A stretch of 64,000 nt of DNA from an uncultured delta proteobacterium (GCA_963847445.1 CAWJZV010000024.1:160001-224000), one strand, 5' to 3'. Counted from the stretch's first letter, positions 1 to 9,138 are shown. Numbers and translations: made by a program. The notes: a model not told the origin generated them from the sequence alone.

Positions 1-13
1 TGCTCTGAACCTG

Positions 14-970
14 TTGTTGTTCGCTTCGAGCAACGGATACACCGGACAAGCGTCGAGCGCGCCGCTTTCCATGCGCTTCCTTTACCCGAGCCTGAGCGGC
101 ACCTTCGCCGCGGCTTGGATCGCCAAGGAAGCGGGATACTTTGCCGCGGAAAATCTCGACGTCGAACTGATTCGCGTCGGCGGCAGCACGCGCATCGTCG
201 CCTCCATGGTCGGCGGCAGCGCGCCGATCATCCACGCCGGCGCCTCCGCCAGCATGGCCGCCACCGTCGCCGGCAGCGATTCGGTGATCATCGGGTGCAT
301 GAGCACCAAGTCGCCGTTTCATCTGATCGCCCGTCCGGAGATCAAGCAGCCCAGCGATCTAAAAGGCAAGCGCGCCGGCATCAGCGCTTTCGGCGCGACT
401 TCTGATTTTCTCGTGCGGCTGGCGTTGCGCAGGTTCGGCTTGGAACCGGGCAAGGACGTGGCGATCTTGCCCACCGGCGGCGAGTCGGAAGCCTTCGCCG
501 CATTGCAGGCGGGCAGCGTGCAGGTCGCCGCCTTGGCCTATCCCGCCTACATCCACGCAATGAAGATGGACATGAAAGAGTTGGTCAACTTTTCCGAGCT
601 CGGTTTCGAAGCGGTAAACGCCGCCCTGGTCAGTACCCGCTCCTATCTGGCCAACAATCGCGATCAATCCACCCGCTTCGTCCGCGCCCTCATCCGCGGC
701 ATGCACCGTTACGCCAGCGATAAAGAGTTTAGCAAGAAAGTCTTGAGCAAGTACTTTCGCACCAGCGATAATGAAATACTCGAAGCGAGCTGGAAGGATG
801 TCGCGCCCCATCTGCTAAGAGTCCCGCGCCCATCGGCGAAAGCGATCCAGTTCATCATCGACGGCCAGTTCAAAGACAAAAACCCGCCGCTCAAACCGGA
901 AATGTTCGTCGACACCTCGATCATCGATCAGCTCGAACGCAGTGGTTTTATCGATTCGGTGTACCGGTGA
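14..970 (+). CDS. ABC transporter substrate-binding protein, NitT/TauT (SsuA/THI5-like); may start upstream of the window
   Basis: 318-aa ORF with typical motifs WIAKEAGYF..ENLDVELI and DLKGKRAGIS..GATSD. Confidence 0.85.
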   Translation: MLFASSNGYTGQASSAPLSMRFLYPSLSGTFAAAWIAKEAGYFAAENLDVELIRVGGSTRIVASMVGGSAPIIHAGASASMAATVAGSDSVIIGCMSTKSPFHLIARPEIKQPSDLKGKRAGISAFGATSDFLVRLALRRFGLEPGKDVAILPTGGESEAFAALQAGSVQVAALAYPAYIHAMKMDMKELVNFSELGFEAVNAALVSTRSYLANNRDQSTRFVRALIRGMHRYASDKEFSKKVLSKYFRTSDNEILEASWKDVAPHLLRVPRPSAKAIQFIIDGQFKDKNPPLKPEMFVDTSIIDQLERSGFIDSVYR

Positions 971-1051
971 TGATTTGCCGCGTTAACTTCGCAATAGATG
1001 GAAGGTGGTCGGGCAAGTTTTCGCGCCGAAGATGAGAAATGATTCGGGTGG

Positions 1052-1128
1052 TTCATCGCAGAGACGCCGAGGACGCCGAGGGGGAGAGGAAAATAAATTC
1101 TCTGCGAACTTCGCGCCTCTGCGGTGAA
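1052..1128. repeat. Intergenic imperfect palindrome built from ~9-nt units (ttcatcgcagagacgccgag...ttcgcgcctctgcggtgaa)
   Basis: Inverted arms read directly from the sequence, between convergent genes. Confidence 0.7.
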
Positions 1129-1153
1129 TCTTTTCTTTCTCTAGTAATTGGAT

Positions 1154-1588
1154 CTAATTCTTCTTCCCCGGCTCGGCCTGATAGCCCTGTTCCTTCCATT
1201 GATTAACCGGGCAAAACGTCGTGCTCTGGAAACCCATCTCTTCGGCTAGCTTCGCAGCCTGCGAGCTTTGACGTCCACTGCCTCAGGTGAAGATGATGTA
1301 CGTTTCCTTGGCCAGTTTCTTTAGATGGCCTTCGAGTATTTCGAGTGGAATATTGATCGCCCCGGGAATGGTTTCTTTCTGGAATTGTTCCGGGCCGCGC
1401 ACGTCGATGATCAATATTTTGCCGGCATCGAGTTCTTTCTTGAGCTCGTCGGCCAGTTTTGACTTGGCGCCCACCGCCCAGTTGGTCTTGGGATCCACCG
1501 GATAGCGCGGTTGCGCCTGGGCCGCGAACGAAAATGTTGTCCACAGGATGACCGCAAGCAAGCCAACAACAGCTACTTGTGGCTTCAT
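1154..1588 (-). CDS. Exported rhodanese-like protein with in-frame UGA (probable selenocysteine) at the active site
   Basis: The ORF track stops at TGA 1283-1285, but the frame continues 42 more sense codons to TAG at 1154: ..IIDVRGPEQF..TIPGAINIPL..YIIFT-UGA-GSGRQSSQAAKLAEEMGF..W. This matches the rhodanese loop (YCxxGxRS). N-terminal signal peptide; RBS AGGAG. Confidence 0.85.
1248..1267 (-). promoter_or_regulatory. Putative bacterial SECIS hairpin (AGCU-CGCA-GGC-UGCG-A-AGCU)
   Basis: The hairpin begins 15 nt after the in-frame UGA; its G-containing 3-nt loop lies 23 nt downstream. Confidence 0.65.
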
Positions 1589-1623
1589 ATCCGCTCCTAT
1601 TTGCGTCCTGCGAACTTATTTGT

Positions 1624-2146
1624 TCAACCCCGATCCGACAATTCGAACGCCAGCGTCGCGTAACGCATGAAAACACCGCCGCGCGGTTCCGCCAGCGGAC
1701 CGTTGGCGACCAGGCATGCGATCACATGCTTGGCGCCGGGCTGCGCTTTGGCGCTCACCTCGACGCGCTGCGACGCGTTGATGCCGACGATGGTTCCGGC
1801 CGGCCGCTCGATCTTGCCGTCGATCCAAATCTCGCCGTAGTTATCGACGTTGGTTTCGAAGAATACCCGGTAATCGCGCAACGCCACGCCGTTCAGTTGC
1901 TCGGGCAGCATCGACGGCGATGCGATACCAAGCAAACGTGAAACCCTTGGAGATACTGCTGCGAATATTGGTGCAAACTTCCCAGCCTGAATCATCGAAG
2001 TCCGCCAGCCGCGGTGGCGCGGCCAATAGCTGCGCCGTAAGCCCTTCATTCGGCTGGCCCGGCACCAGCCCGGGGCCAATGCGCCACTGGCCTTTGACCT
2101 TTCGACAATCCTCCGCACTATTCAAATCCAAAGCTATCCTCGGCAT
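1624..2146 (-). CDS. Hypothetical protein, glycosidase-like jelly-roll/sugar-binding fold (one frameshift near 1915)
   Basis: ORF 1841..2146 (..FDDSGWE..FAWYR) joins 1624..2118 (..NVDNYGEIWIDG..); RBS GGAGG. Confidence 0.6.
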
Positions 2147-2194
2147 GCTTACCTCCTAAAAATGAATCGTTACAGCAAATCAAAATTCTCTTTT

Positions 2195-2486
2195 CACCAC
2201 GAAGTTCCTAGCGCGGCAAGCCGCAACCGAAACTCGGAATATCTCTCGCAAAGACGCAAAGGCCGCAAAGGCCGGAAAATAACGGTGAATAAATGCTTCA
2301 AGATAATTCATCTCTCCCTCCGAACTTGGCGAGCTTTGCGTCTTTGCGAGAGTCAATCCCATGTTCCGACCGGCACCGGAAAATTTGCGCAGACGGAGAC
2401 AACTATTCAACATAGTAGTACGAAGGACACGAAGGTTTCGGAAAATTGACACTCCGAACTTCGTGCTCTTCGTGTCCTTCGTGGTG
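2195..2486. repeat. caccacgaag-type palindrome carrying a ~212-bp inserted cassette (2208-2419)
   Basis: The cassette is homologous to 8830-9050 and 39604-39821; the uninterrupted host palindrome is at 51584-51666. Confidence 0.85.
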
Positions 2487-2528
2487 AATACTATCCTTGC
2501 GTCTTTGCTCGCGGCATCGCCGCGCGCG

Positions 2529-3881
2529 TTAACCTCGGAGAATCTCCGTCAGCGATCTGACATTATCGACTTTTTCCAAACCCTCGATCAGCGCCAATGC
2601 GCGCTCAGCCGCGTCGGCGCTCAAGGTTTCGCGCGCGCACTCGGTAAACTTGCCTCTCAGCTCCGCTTCCGTCATGGGAAATTCCGGACTGCCTTTGGAG
2701 TGCTGTGCCTCGCGAATATAGGTCTGACCGCTTTTCGTGCGCAACGTCACCCGGCAGGGGCGGCCGCTCGGGTCGGTCTTTTTTAGATCATTGCCAAGAT
2801 GCATCTGCACTCTTTCCGCCAGTTTCAACACATTCGGTTCGCGCACGGCGGCGTCGGTGAATGCATGCAACGAAACCTTGCCGTCGATCAGCGCCCGCGC
2901 CACCAGATACGGCATGCAAAACTTGCCCTGGATGCTGGTTTGCGGCACTTTGAAAACGATGCGCTCGAAGGTGTGTTTGGCGACGTCGACATCGACGCTC
3001 TCGACCATCTCCGCAGTCAAGCCGTGTTTGGCTCTGAATTCCAATATCGAATCGATCGCCTGATGCGTAAGCCCGCCGCAAGGATAAGGCTTGATGCGAA
3101 TGCCGTCGCTGAGCAGCGCATAGGACCGGCCCAACTCTTCTATGGGCTTCTCGTCGATCGGCGCACCGGAATGAAGCACTTTGTAGAAGCCAAACCCCGA
3201 TTCGATCGCTTTACCGTTGGCGGTGAAGCCGGATTGCGCCAGCTTGGCCGCGAGCACGCCGTTGCGCGCGCCGAGGCCGACATGCAACGGCTTGGTCATG
3301 GTGCCAAAGTTGGCAACCACACCGCCGGCCATCGATGCCGACATGCCGAGCGCCATCTCAACTTGGCCGGCGTTGAGCCCGAGCAGCTTGCCGCATGCCG
3401 CCGCGGCGCCAAAGGAACCCAGCGTGCTCGGCGCGTGCCAACCGTCATGCTCGCTGTCGCGCAACGAGTGCACGAGCTTTGCCGTGACCTCATAGCCAAC
3501 CGCATAGGCTTCGATGATTTGCCGGCCGCTGGCGCCGAGCGCTTCTCCCAGCGCAAAGGTGGCGGGAATGATCGGCGCCGTCGGCTGGCCCATCAGGGTG
3601 AAGCTGTGATCGAAATCCATCGCGTGCGCCGCCGTGCCGTTCGCCAGCGCCGCGTTGAGCGCGGAAGATTTGAATCCTTGACCGATGACCGTGGTTTCTT
3701 CCTTGGCCTGTTCCTGGCGCGCGACCTCGGCGCAAATTTTCGCGTCCTCTTCCTTGCTGCCGGCAAGCGCCACACCGAGGCAATCGCGCACAGCGATCTT
3801 AGCGGTGGCAATCGCCGCCGCCGGTAGATTTTCATATTTCGCAGTCGCGACGAACTGCGCGATCTTTGCGGTTACGTCCAT
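2529..3881 (-). CDS. MmgE/PrpD family protein
   Basis: Motifs AALANGTAAHAMDFD, IKPYPCG..TH and KGSPEFPMT..KF. Confidence 0.9.
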   Translation of the reverse strand: MDVTAKIAQFVATAKYENLPAAAIATAKIAVRDCLGVALAGSKEEDAKICAEVARQEQAKEETTVIGQGFKSSALNAALANGTAAHAMDFDHSFTLMGQPTAPIIPATFALGEALGASGRQIIEAYAVGYEVTAKLVHSLRDSEHDGWHAPSTLGSFGAAAACGKLLGLNAGQVEMALGMSASMAGGVVANFGTMTKPLHVGLGARNGVLAAKLAQSGFTANGKAIESGFGFYKVLHSGAPIDEKPIEELGRSYALLSDGIRIKPYPCGGLTHQAIDSILEFRAKHGLTAEMVESVDVDVAKHTFERIVFKVPQTSIQGKFCMPYLVARALIDGKVSLHAFTDAAVREPNVLKLAERVQMHLGNDLKKTDPSGRPCRVTLRTKSGQTYIREAQHSKGSPEFPMTEAELRGKFTECARETLSADAAERALALIEGLEKVDNVRSLTEILRG

Positions 3882-3966
3882 ATATATCTCCTCGCTGCTA
3901 TGGTAATTTCAGATTGCAAATATACCAATTCCGAATCGGCCAACGATGTTAATAACCGCATCAGAA

Positions 3967-4112
3967 GGGCAGCCACAAGCGGTTGCCCCTACAATTCCGA
4001 TTCCCTTTTGCGTTCTTTGCGGCCAATTCTCCGATTCCGAATCTTCTTTCTATGTGATCTATGTGCCCTTTGTGGTTAAAGCTCTTTTCCTCGTTGATTG
4101 CCGCTGTGCGGT
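3967..4112. repeat. Composite repeat: GTAG-type REP hairpin (gggcagccacaagcggttgcccctac) followed by tttgcg and ctatgtg ~9-nt repeats
   Basis: The same module order recurs at 5220, 5349, 21386 and 56090. Confidence 0.75.
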
Positions 4113-4113
4113 A

Positions 4114-5169
4114 TTACCCCCCAAGTATCTTCTTCGCCTGCTCGACCACTTCCGGCGGCTGATTCAAAACTTCTTTGACCAACGCCTCCAAGTCTTCCCC
4201 CGCTGCATACTCCACCTCCATGCGCGCGCGTTTCGCTTCGGCCAACAGCTCGGAGTCCTTCAAGACGTTGCGAAAACTCTCGCGCAGCATTTTGACTCGA
4301 TCCGGAGGCGTTCCTGGCGTGACCAGCACCGGCCGGCCGAACTCGCCGCCGGATAACAGCGCCTGGGCGACGCGCCGCTTGGTGCTGGCAACTTTGAACT
4401 CATCCAAGATTTCGTAAATCGTCGGCGCCTCGGCGGCGCGCGGGTCGCGCTTGCGGCCGGATTGGAGCACATGGAAATCGAAACCTTTCTTATGCCAGGA
4501 ATTGAAAGGTTCCCGGCCAAAATGCGACGCCAGCGTGTGCGCCCGGCAAGCGATCTCGCCTTTTTCCACCGCCAAGTCGGCGTCGCTGCCACCTTGATAG
4601 CCTGACACCGAATTGATCTTCGCGCCCACGGTCAGCTCCAAGATCCGCGCGATGATGTAATCCGAGCTGGTGGTGCCGGAGCCGCCGCAACTGGGCGGCT
4701 GCTTAGCCCTGACGATATCGCCGACGGTTTTAAGTCCGGTATCGGCGCGCATGTAAAACATGATCGAATCCTGCGACGCCGAACCGAGCCAGTGAAACTT
4801 CCTGAGATCGAACTGCGCTTCCTTGCGGCCGATGAGCTGTTCGATGTAAATGCTGTTGTTCGGCAAGAGCACATGCAGGCCGTCCGGCTTGGCCACGCCG
4901 TAAACGTAGTTGGTCGCGCTGATCGAGCCGGCGCCGGGCATGTTGTGGACGATTACGTTGGGATTGCCCGGGATATACTTGCCCCAATAGCGGGCGATGA
5001 GCCGAGCCCAAGAATCGTAGAAATTTGCCGTCGCGGAGCCAACCACGAATCTGAGCGTCTTGCCTTTGTAAAATGACTCGCTCTGCGCTTCGGCAATCGC
5101 CAGCGGGAACAAGATCGCCGCAGCCAGCAACAAACAAATCTGAATGAGAGACAGTTTCGCTTTGGTCAT
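4114..5169 (-). CDS. Tripartite tricarboxylate transporter substrate-binding protein (Bug/TctC-like)
   Basis: Signal peptide, FYKGKTLRFVVG, IPGNPNVIVHNMPGAGS, AKPDGL. Confidence 0.9.
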   Translation of the reverse strand: MTKAKLSLIQICLLLAAAILFPLAIAEAQSESFYKGKTLRFVVGSATANFYDSWARLIARYWGKYIPGNPNVIVHNMPGAGSISATNYVYGVAKPDGLHVLLPNNSIYIEQLIGRKEAQFDLRKFHWLGSASQDSIMFYMRADTGLKTVGDIVRAKQPPSCGGSGTTSSDYIIARILELTVGAKINSVSGYQGGSDADLAVEKGEIACRAHTLASHFGREPFNSWHKKGFDFHVLQSGRKRDPRAAEAPTIYEILDEFKVASTKRRVAQALLSGGEFGRPVLVTPGTPPDRVKMLRESFRNVLKDSELLAEAKRARMEVEYAAGEDLEALVKEVLNQPPEVVEQAKKILGG

Positions 5170-5186
5170 GGTGACATTCACTCCTG

Positions 5187-5462
5187 TGGTCCTTGGGCAC
5201 TCGCCGCTCCGCCACCCCAGGGCGTATGCCATACGCCCCTACAATCGGATTTCTTCCTTGGAATTTTTTGCGCTTTTTGCGCCCTTTGCGGTTAATTATC
5301 CCATGCCGAACTTCGTGTCCTTCGTACTACTATCCGTGATAGCCAAGAGGGCGGGTTTCAAACCCGCCCCTACGACTCCCGATATTTTTTGCGCTTTTTG
5401 CGTTCTTTGCGGCCATTCTTCTTTTCGGTTGCGGCGCAGCCGCGTTGTGATCTTCGTGGTGA
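5187..5462. repeat. Composite repeat array: two GTAG-REP hairpins (5220-5242, 5349-5373), tttgcg repeats, and a cttcgtg arm interrupted by a 123-bp cassette (5326-5448)
   Basis: Direct reading; the first ~100 bp are homologous to the reverse complement of 56090-56185. Confidence 0.8.
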
Positions 5463-5604
5463 GATCAACGCTTCTCGTCCTGCCACGACTTGATCATTGT
5501 CTCGAAAGCGCGAGCCTAGTCGATGTCGAATCAATCTGTCAACTCGACTGCGTCGACGCGCAAGCTTTTTCATGCTACCGATGAGCGGACATCCGCCACC
5601 CATC

Positions 5605-7242
5605 ATGGAAAAAGCATCCGCTCAACAATCCCGCGCCAGCGTCGCGCGCAACGCCGGCATCGTCAGCCTCGCGGTGATGGCGAGCCGCGTGTTGGGTCTC
5701 GCGCGCGATCAGATCTTCGCCGCGCTGTTCGGCGCCGGCTTGCAATACGACGCCTTTCTCACCGCCTTTCGCGTGCCCAACCTGCTGCGCGACCTGCTCG
5801 CCGAAGGGGCGCTGTCATCGGCGTTCGTCACCACCTTCACGCAGACGCTGCAACAAAAAGGCAAAGACGAAGCGATTCGGCTGTCCAACCGCGTCGCCAC
5901 GCTGATCGTCGCGTGCATCACGGCGGTTTCCATTATCGCTTGGATTTATACGCCGGAGATTGTCCGACTGCTCGCGCCGGGATTCTACGCTGTGCCGGGG
6001 AAAGCCGAGCTCACCATTGAATTGACGCGGGTCATGATGCCGTTTCTCTTGCTGATCGCCCTGGCGGCGCAAGCGATGGGCATGCTCAACGCGTTCAATA
6101 TTTACGGCATGCCGGCGCTGGCTTCGGCGTTTTTCAATCTTGGCTCGATCATCGGCGGCTTGCTACTGGGTTATCTCATCGGACCGGCCATCGGCTTGAG
6201 CCCCATCGCCGGCATGGCTTATGGCACCGTGATCGGCGGCTTTTTGCAGTTCGCCGTGCAATGGCCGAGCCTGCGCCGTTGCGGTATCGGCTACCGGGCC
6301 GATTGGAATGTGAACGACTCGGGCGTGCGGCAGATTCTTCGGCTCATGGGACCGGCGATCATCGGCGCCGCCGCCGTGCAGATCAATGTTTTCGTCAACA
6401 CCAGTTTCGCTTCGGCGATCGTCGATCCGGCCACCGGCGCGGTCGCCAACGGACCGGTGTCCTGGCTCAACTTCGCTTTTCGCTTCATGCAGTTTCCCAT
6501 CGGCGTGTTCGGCGTCGCCATCGCCACCGCCACCTTGCCGACGCTGTCGCGCAGCACGGCGAATCCCGACTACGGCGAGTTTCGCCAAACCCTGGCGCAC
6601 TCGCTGGCGCTGGTGTTTCTCCTATGCATCCCGTCGGCGGTCGGCCTGGCGGTGCTGGCGCAACCGATCGTCGCCCTGGTCTTCGAGCATGGCAAGTTCA
6701 CCGCCTTCGACACCGTTCAGACGGCCAACGCCTTGGCAGCCTACGCCGTCGGTCTGGCCGGCTACGGCGCCATCAAAGTGTTGTCACCGGCGTTCTACGC
6801 GCTCAACGACGCGCGCACGCCGATGCTGATCAGCCTGGGATCGATCGCAGTGAATTATGTCATGAACTCCTTGTTGGTCGGCCCCTTCGGCCACGTCGGT
6901 TTGGCATTTTCCACCTCGGCCGTGGCGTTGGTGAATTTTCTCTTGCTGGCGTTGTTAATGCGCCGCCGCTTGGGCCACTTGGCCGGCCGCAAGCTCGCTG
7001 TCACCGCCGTGAAAATCGCCCTCGCTTCAGCAGCGCTCGCCGTCGTCGCATGGATCGCCAATCAAAGCGCCGGCGCCTTGCCGTTGCATGGTTTGGCACT
7101 GGAGTTCAGCCGCGTCATCATAGCGATCGTCCTGGCCGCCGCGACCTTTTACGGCGTCTGCCGACTGCTGCGAGTGGACGAGTTGCAGGAAGCCATCGAC
7201 GCCATCGGTGGCAAATTAATCCGCCGACTGCGGCGCAAATAG
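5605..7242 (+). CDS. murJ: Lipid II flippase MurJ (MviN)
   Basis: SRVLGLARD, AFRVPNLLRDLLAEGALSSAFV, FMQFPIGVFGVAIAT, FYALNDARTP. Confidence 0.95.
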   Translation: MEKASAQQSRASVARNAGIVSLAVMASRVLGLARDQIFAALFGAGLQYDAFLTAFRVPNLLRDLLAEGALSSAFVTTFTQTLQQKGKDEAIRLSNRVATLIVACITAVSIIAWIYTPEIVRLLAPGFYAVPGKAELTIELTRVMMPFLLLIALAAQAMGMLNAFNIYGMPALASAFFNLGSIIGGLLLGYLIGPAIGLSPIAGMAYGTVIGGFLQFAVQWPSLRRCGIGYRADWNVNDSGVRQILRLMGPAIIGAAAVQINVFVNTSFASAIVDPATGAVANGPVSWLNFAFRFMQFPIGVFGVAIATATLPTLSRSTANPDYGEFRQTLAHSLALVFLLCIPSAVGLAVLAQPIVALVFEHGKFTAFDTVQTANALAAYAVGLAGYGAIKVLSPAFYALNDARTPMLISLGSIAVNYVMNSLLVGPFGHVGLAFSTSAVALVNFLLLALLMRRRLGHLAGRKLAVTAVKIALASAALAVVAWIANQSAGALPLHGLALEFSRVIIAIVLAAATFYGVCRLLRVDELQEAIDAIGGKLIRRLRRK

Positions 7243-7369
7243 ATTCGCATCCTTTAATAACTCCTGACTAACCGCGGCAATGCGGTTCGAACACGAGCAC
7301 GTCGTCAAAGCCGACCATTGACATCGTCGGCACCGCCATTTAACAATCCGCGCGAACAAAGGAGAGCTT

Positions 7370-7858
7370 ATGCCTAAAGTCACATCCCTCGGACATCTGG
7401 GTTTTCATGTGCGCGATATGGAACGCTCGGTGGCGTTCTACCGCGACATTCTCGGTTTAACCGTCAGCGACCGCAGCCCGCGCGGCGCCGTGTTCATGAC
7501 CAGCCAGGATCGCAGCGTCGAGCACCACGAGCTCTACCTGGCGCCGGGGCGCGACGACGACGGCAAGGTCAACGTCTTGCAGCAGATTTCCTTCCGCTGT
7601 CCGACGTTGAAGGATGTCAAGGATTTCTATCAACTATTCGTCGACAAGCAGGTGCCGATCAACCGCTGCGTCAGTCATGGCAACACCGTCAGCATCTACG
7701 CCAGCGACCCCGACGGCAACTCGGTGGAAGTCTACTGGCCGAGCGGCGTCGACGTGCCGCAACCCTTCGGCAAACCGATGGACTTGACCAAGAGCGAAGT
7801 GGAAATCCGCGAACAGCTCAATCAGATCCTTAGAGAATGGCAGAGCCAGGCGTCATAA
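7370..7858 (+). CDS. VOC/glyoxalase family protein
   Basis: LGHLGFHVRDMERSVAFYRDILGL..SIYASDPDGNSVEVY; RBS AGGAG. Confidence 0.9.
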   Translation: MPKVTSLGHLGFHVRDMERSVAFYRDILGLTVSDRSPRGAVFMTSQDRSVEHHELYLAPGRDDDGKVNVLQQISFRCPTLKDVKDFYQLFVDKQVPINRCVSHGNTVSIYASDPDGNSVEVYWPSGVDVPQPFGKPMDLTKSEVEIREQLNQILREWQSQAS

Positions 7859-7915
7859 AAACCGTTTTCAATAATCATTGACCATCGGCGAGCCCAGGAG
7901 GCATTGGAGTTGTCT

Positions 7916-8485
7916 ATGCCACGTATTCCCTATGTCGACCCGGATAAAGTTACCGACCCAGAGATCAAAGGCTATCTGGAGCGCGCTCGCCGTGAAGGCA
8001 CGCCGCGCCCTGAAAGCCAGGCCGTGCGCGCCAACGTCCCCGAGGTCATCCGCGCGTTCTCGCAGGCGTGGGAACTCACGTTCCGCACCGGCGTCGTCGA
8101 CCACGCGCTCAAAGAGCTTTGCCGGGTTTACGTTTCGAAATCGATTGACTGTCAATATTGAGGCGTGCAGCGCTCCGTCCAGGCTGGACGGCAAGGACTT
8201 ATTGAAGCGAAGTACGATGAGTTGCTCAACTTTGCCGACTCGGACAAATTCACCGAGCGAGAAAAAGTCGCGCTAACCTACACCAGCGCGATCGCCTGGA
8301 ACTCAGACATCGCCGACGACGCGCTCTGGGCAAAATTGCACCGACATTTTTCGATCCCAGAGTTGGTCGAGCTCGGTTTTTTCATCGGCCTCACCCTCGG
8401 CCAACAGCGCTGGATCAAAACCCTCGGCATCGACCATGGCGCCGTGCTCGGCGATACCACAGCCGGTCTCGCGCCAACGAAATAA
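7916..8485 (+). CDS. AhpD/carboxymuconolactone decarboxylase-like protein with CxxU motif (in-frame UGA at 8159-8161, probable selenocysteine)
   Basis: ORFs 7904..8161 and 8165..8485 are in the same frame and interrupted only by one TGA: LKELCRVYVSKSIDCQY-UGA-GVQRS..FTEREKVALTY..LHRHFSIPELVEL. The TGA is the second Cys of the AhpD-like CxxC. Confidence 0.88.
8175..8191 (+). promoter_or_regulatory. Putative bacterial SECIS hairpin (CCGUCCA-GGC-UGGACGG)
   Basis: Perfect 7-bp stem starting 13 nt after the in-frame UGA; G-containing loop 20 nt downstream. Confidence 0.75.
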
Positions 8486-8588
8486 GCGGAGAAAACATTC
8501 ATCTCGCCACGAATTGTCCAAGAACTGGCGCTCGCCTATAGAGCATGAAATTGGTTCGCAGTCCCTGAACATGCTCCCCTCCTCGATT

Positions 8589-8724
8589 CGTCATTCCCGC
8601 GCATGCCTGTCCTGAGCAAAGCCGAAGGGCGGGAATCCAGGTGACGGACAGAGTCCGTCATACCGTTGAAAAACGGTATCCAGGGGGATGATGAGTCTGG
8701 ATACCCGCTTTCGCGGGTATGACG
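8589..8724. repeat. Cluster of three CGTC-type REP palindromes (8589-8640, 8656-8683, 8697-8724 inverted); the first carries a cctgtcctgagc..cgaaggg insert
   Basis: cgtcattcccgc..gcgggaatccag, cgtcataccgttgaaaaacggtatccag, ctggatacccgctttcgcgggtatgacg. Confidence 0.8.
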
Positions 8725-8774
8725 AAACCCGGGAGGCTCTTCGTTGTGCATATCATCCCCTCACATGTATTTTC

Positions 8775-9116
8775 GAAGGAGGACACGAAGGCGTCGGATA
8801 ACTAATATTTCGAACTTCGTGATCTTCGTACTACTATACTTGAAAGTTTGCGCGGCTCGCGCAAATTTTCGGTCATTGGGGATACTCGTACTGGGGAATT
8901 GACTCTCGCAAAGACGCAAACCTCGCCAAGTTCGGAAGGAAGATATGAATTAGCTTGAAGAATTTAGTCACCGTTATTTTTCGACCTTTGCGACCTTTTG
9001 CGTCTTTGCGAGAGATATTCCGAGTTTCGATTGCGGCTGTGCCGCGCTAGGCCCTTCGTGGTGAACACTTTATTTCTTATTTGGTTGCGGCTTCGCCACA
9101 CTGGGCTCGTCGTGGC
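8775..9116. repeat. cacgaag/cttcgtg palindrome carrying a 221-bp cassette (8830-9050) plus an extra cassette-end copy
   Basis: Homology to 2208-2419 and 39604-39821. Confidence 0.85.
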
Positions 9117-9138
9117 GCACAACACAATCTGTTTCTGA

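Noticed and set aside
2162-2452. Small ORF family (..SAASRNRNSEYLSQRRKGRK..) also at 8964-9176 and 39577-39855
   Set aside because: These are translations of the repeated cassette. Starts and stops differ between copies and indels shift the frame, so there is no evidence of coding selection.
2799-3827. Long antisense and alternate-frame ORFs (e.g. 2799-3827, 20139-21329, 38388-39515)
   Set aside because: These are shadow ORFs expected opposite real genes in GC-rich DNA and show no recognisable motifs.
5187-5462. CRISPR array or integron attC array
   Set aside because: There are no constant-length repeats with unique spacers, no cas genes or integron integrase, and no consistent attC core sites.
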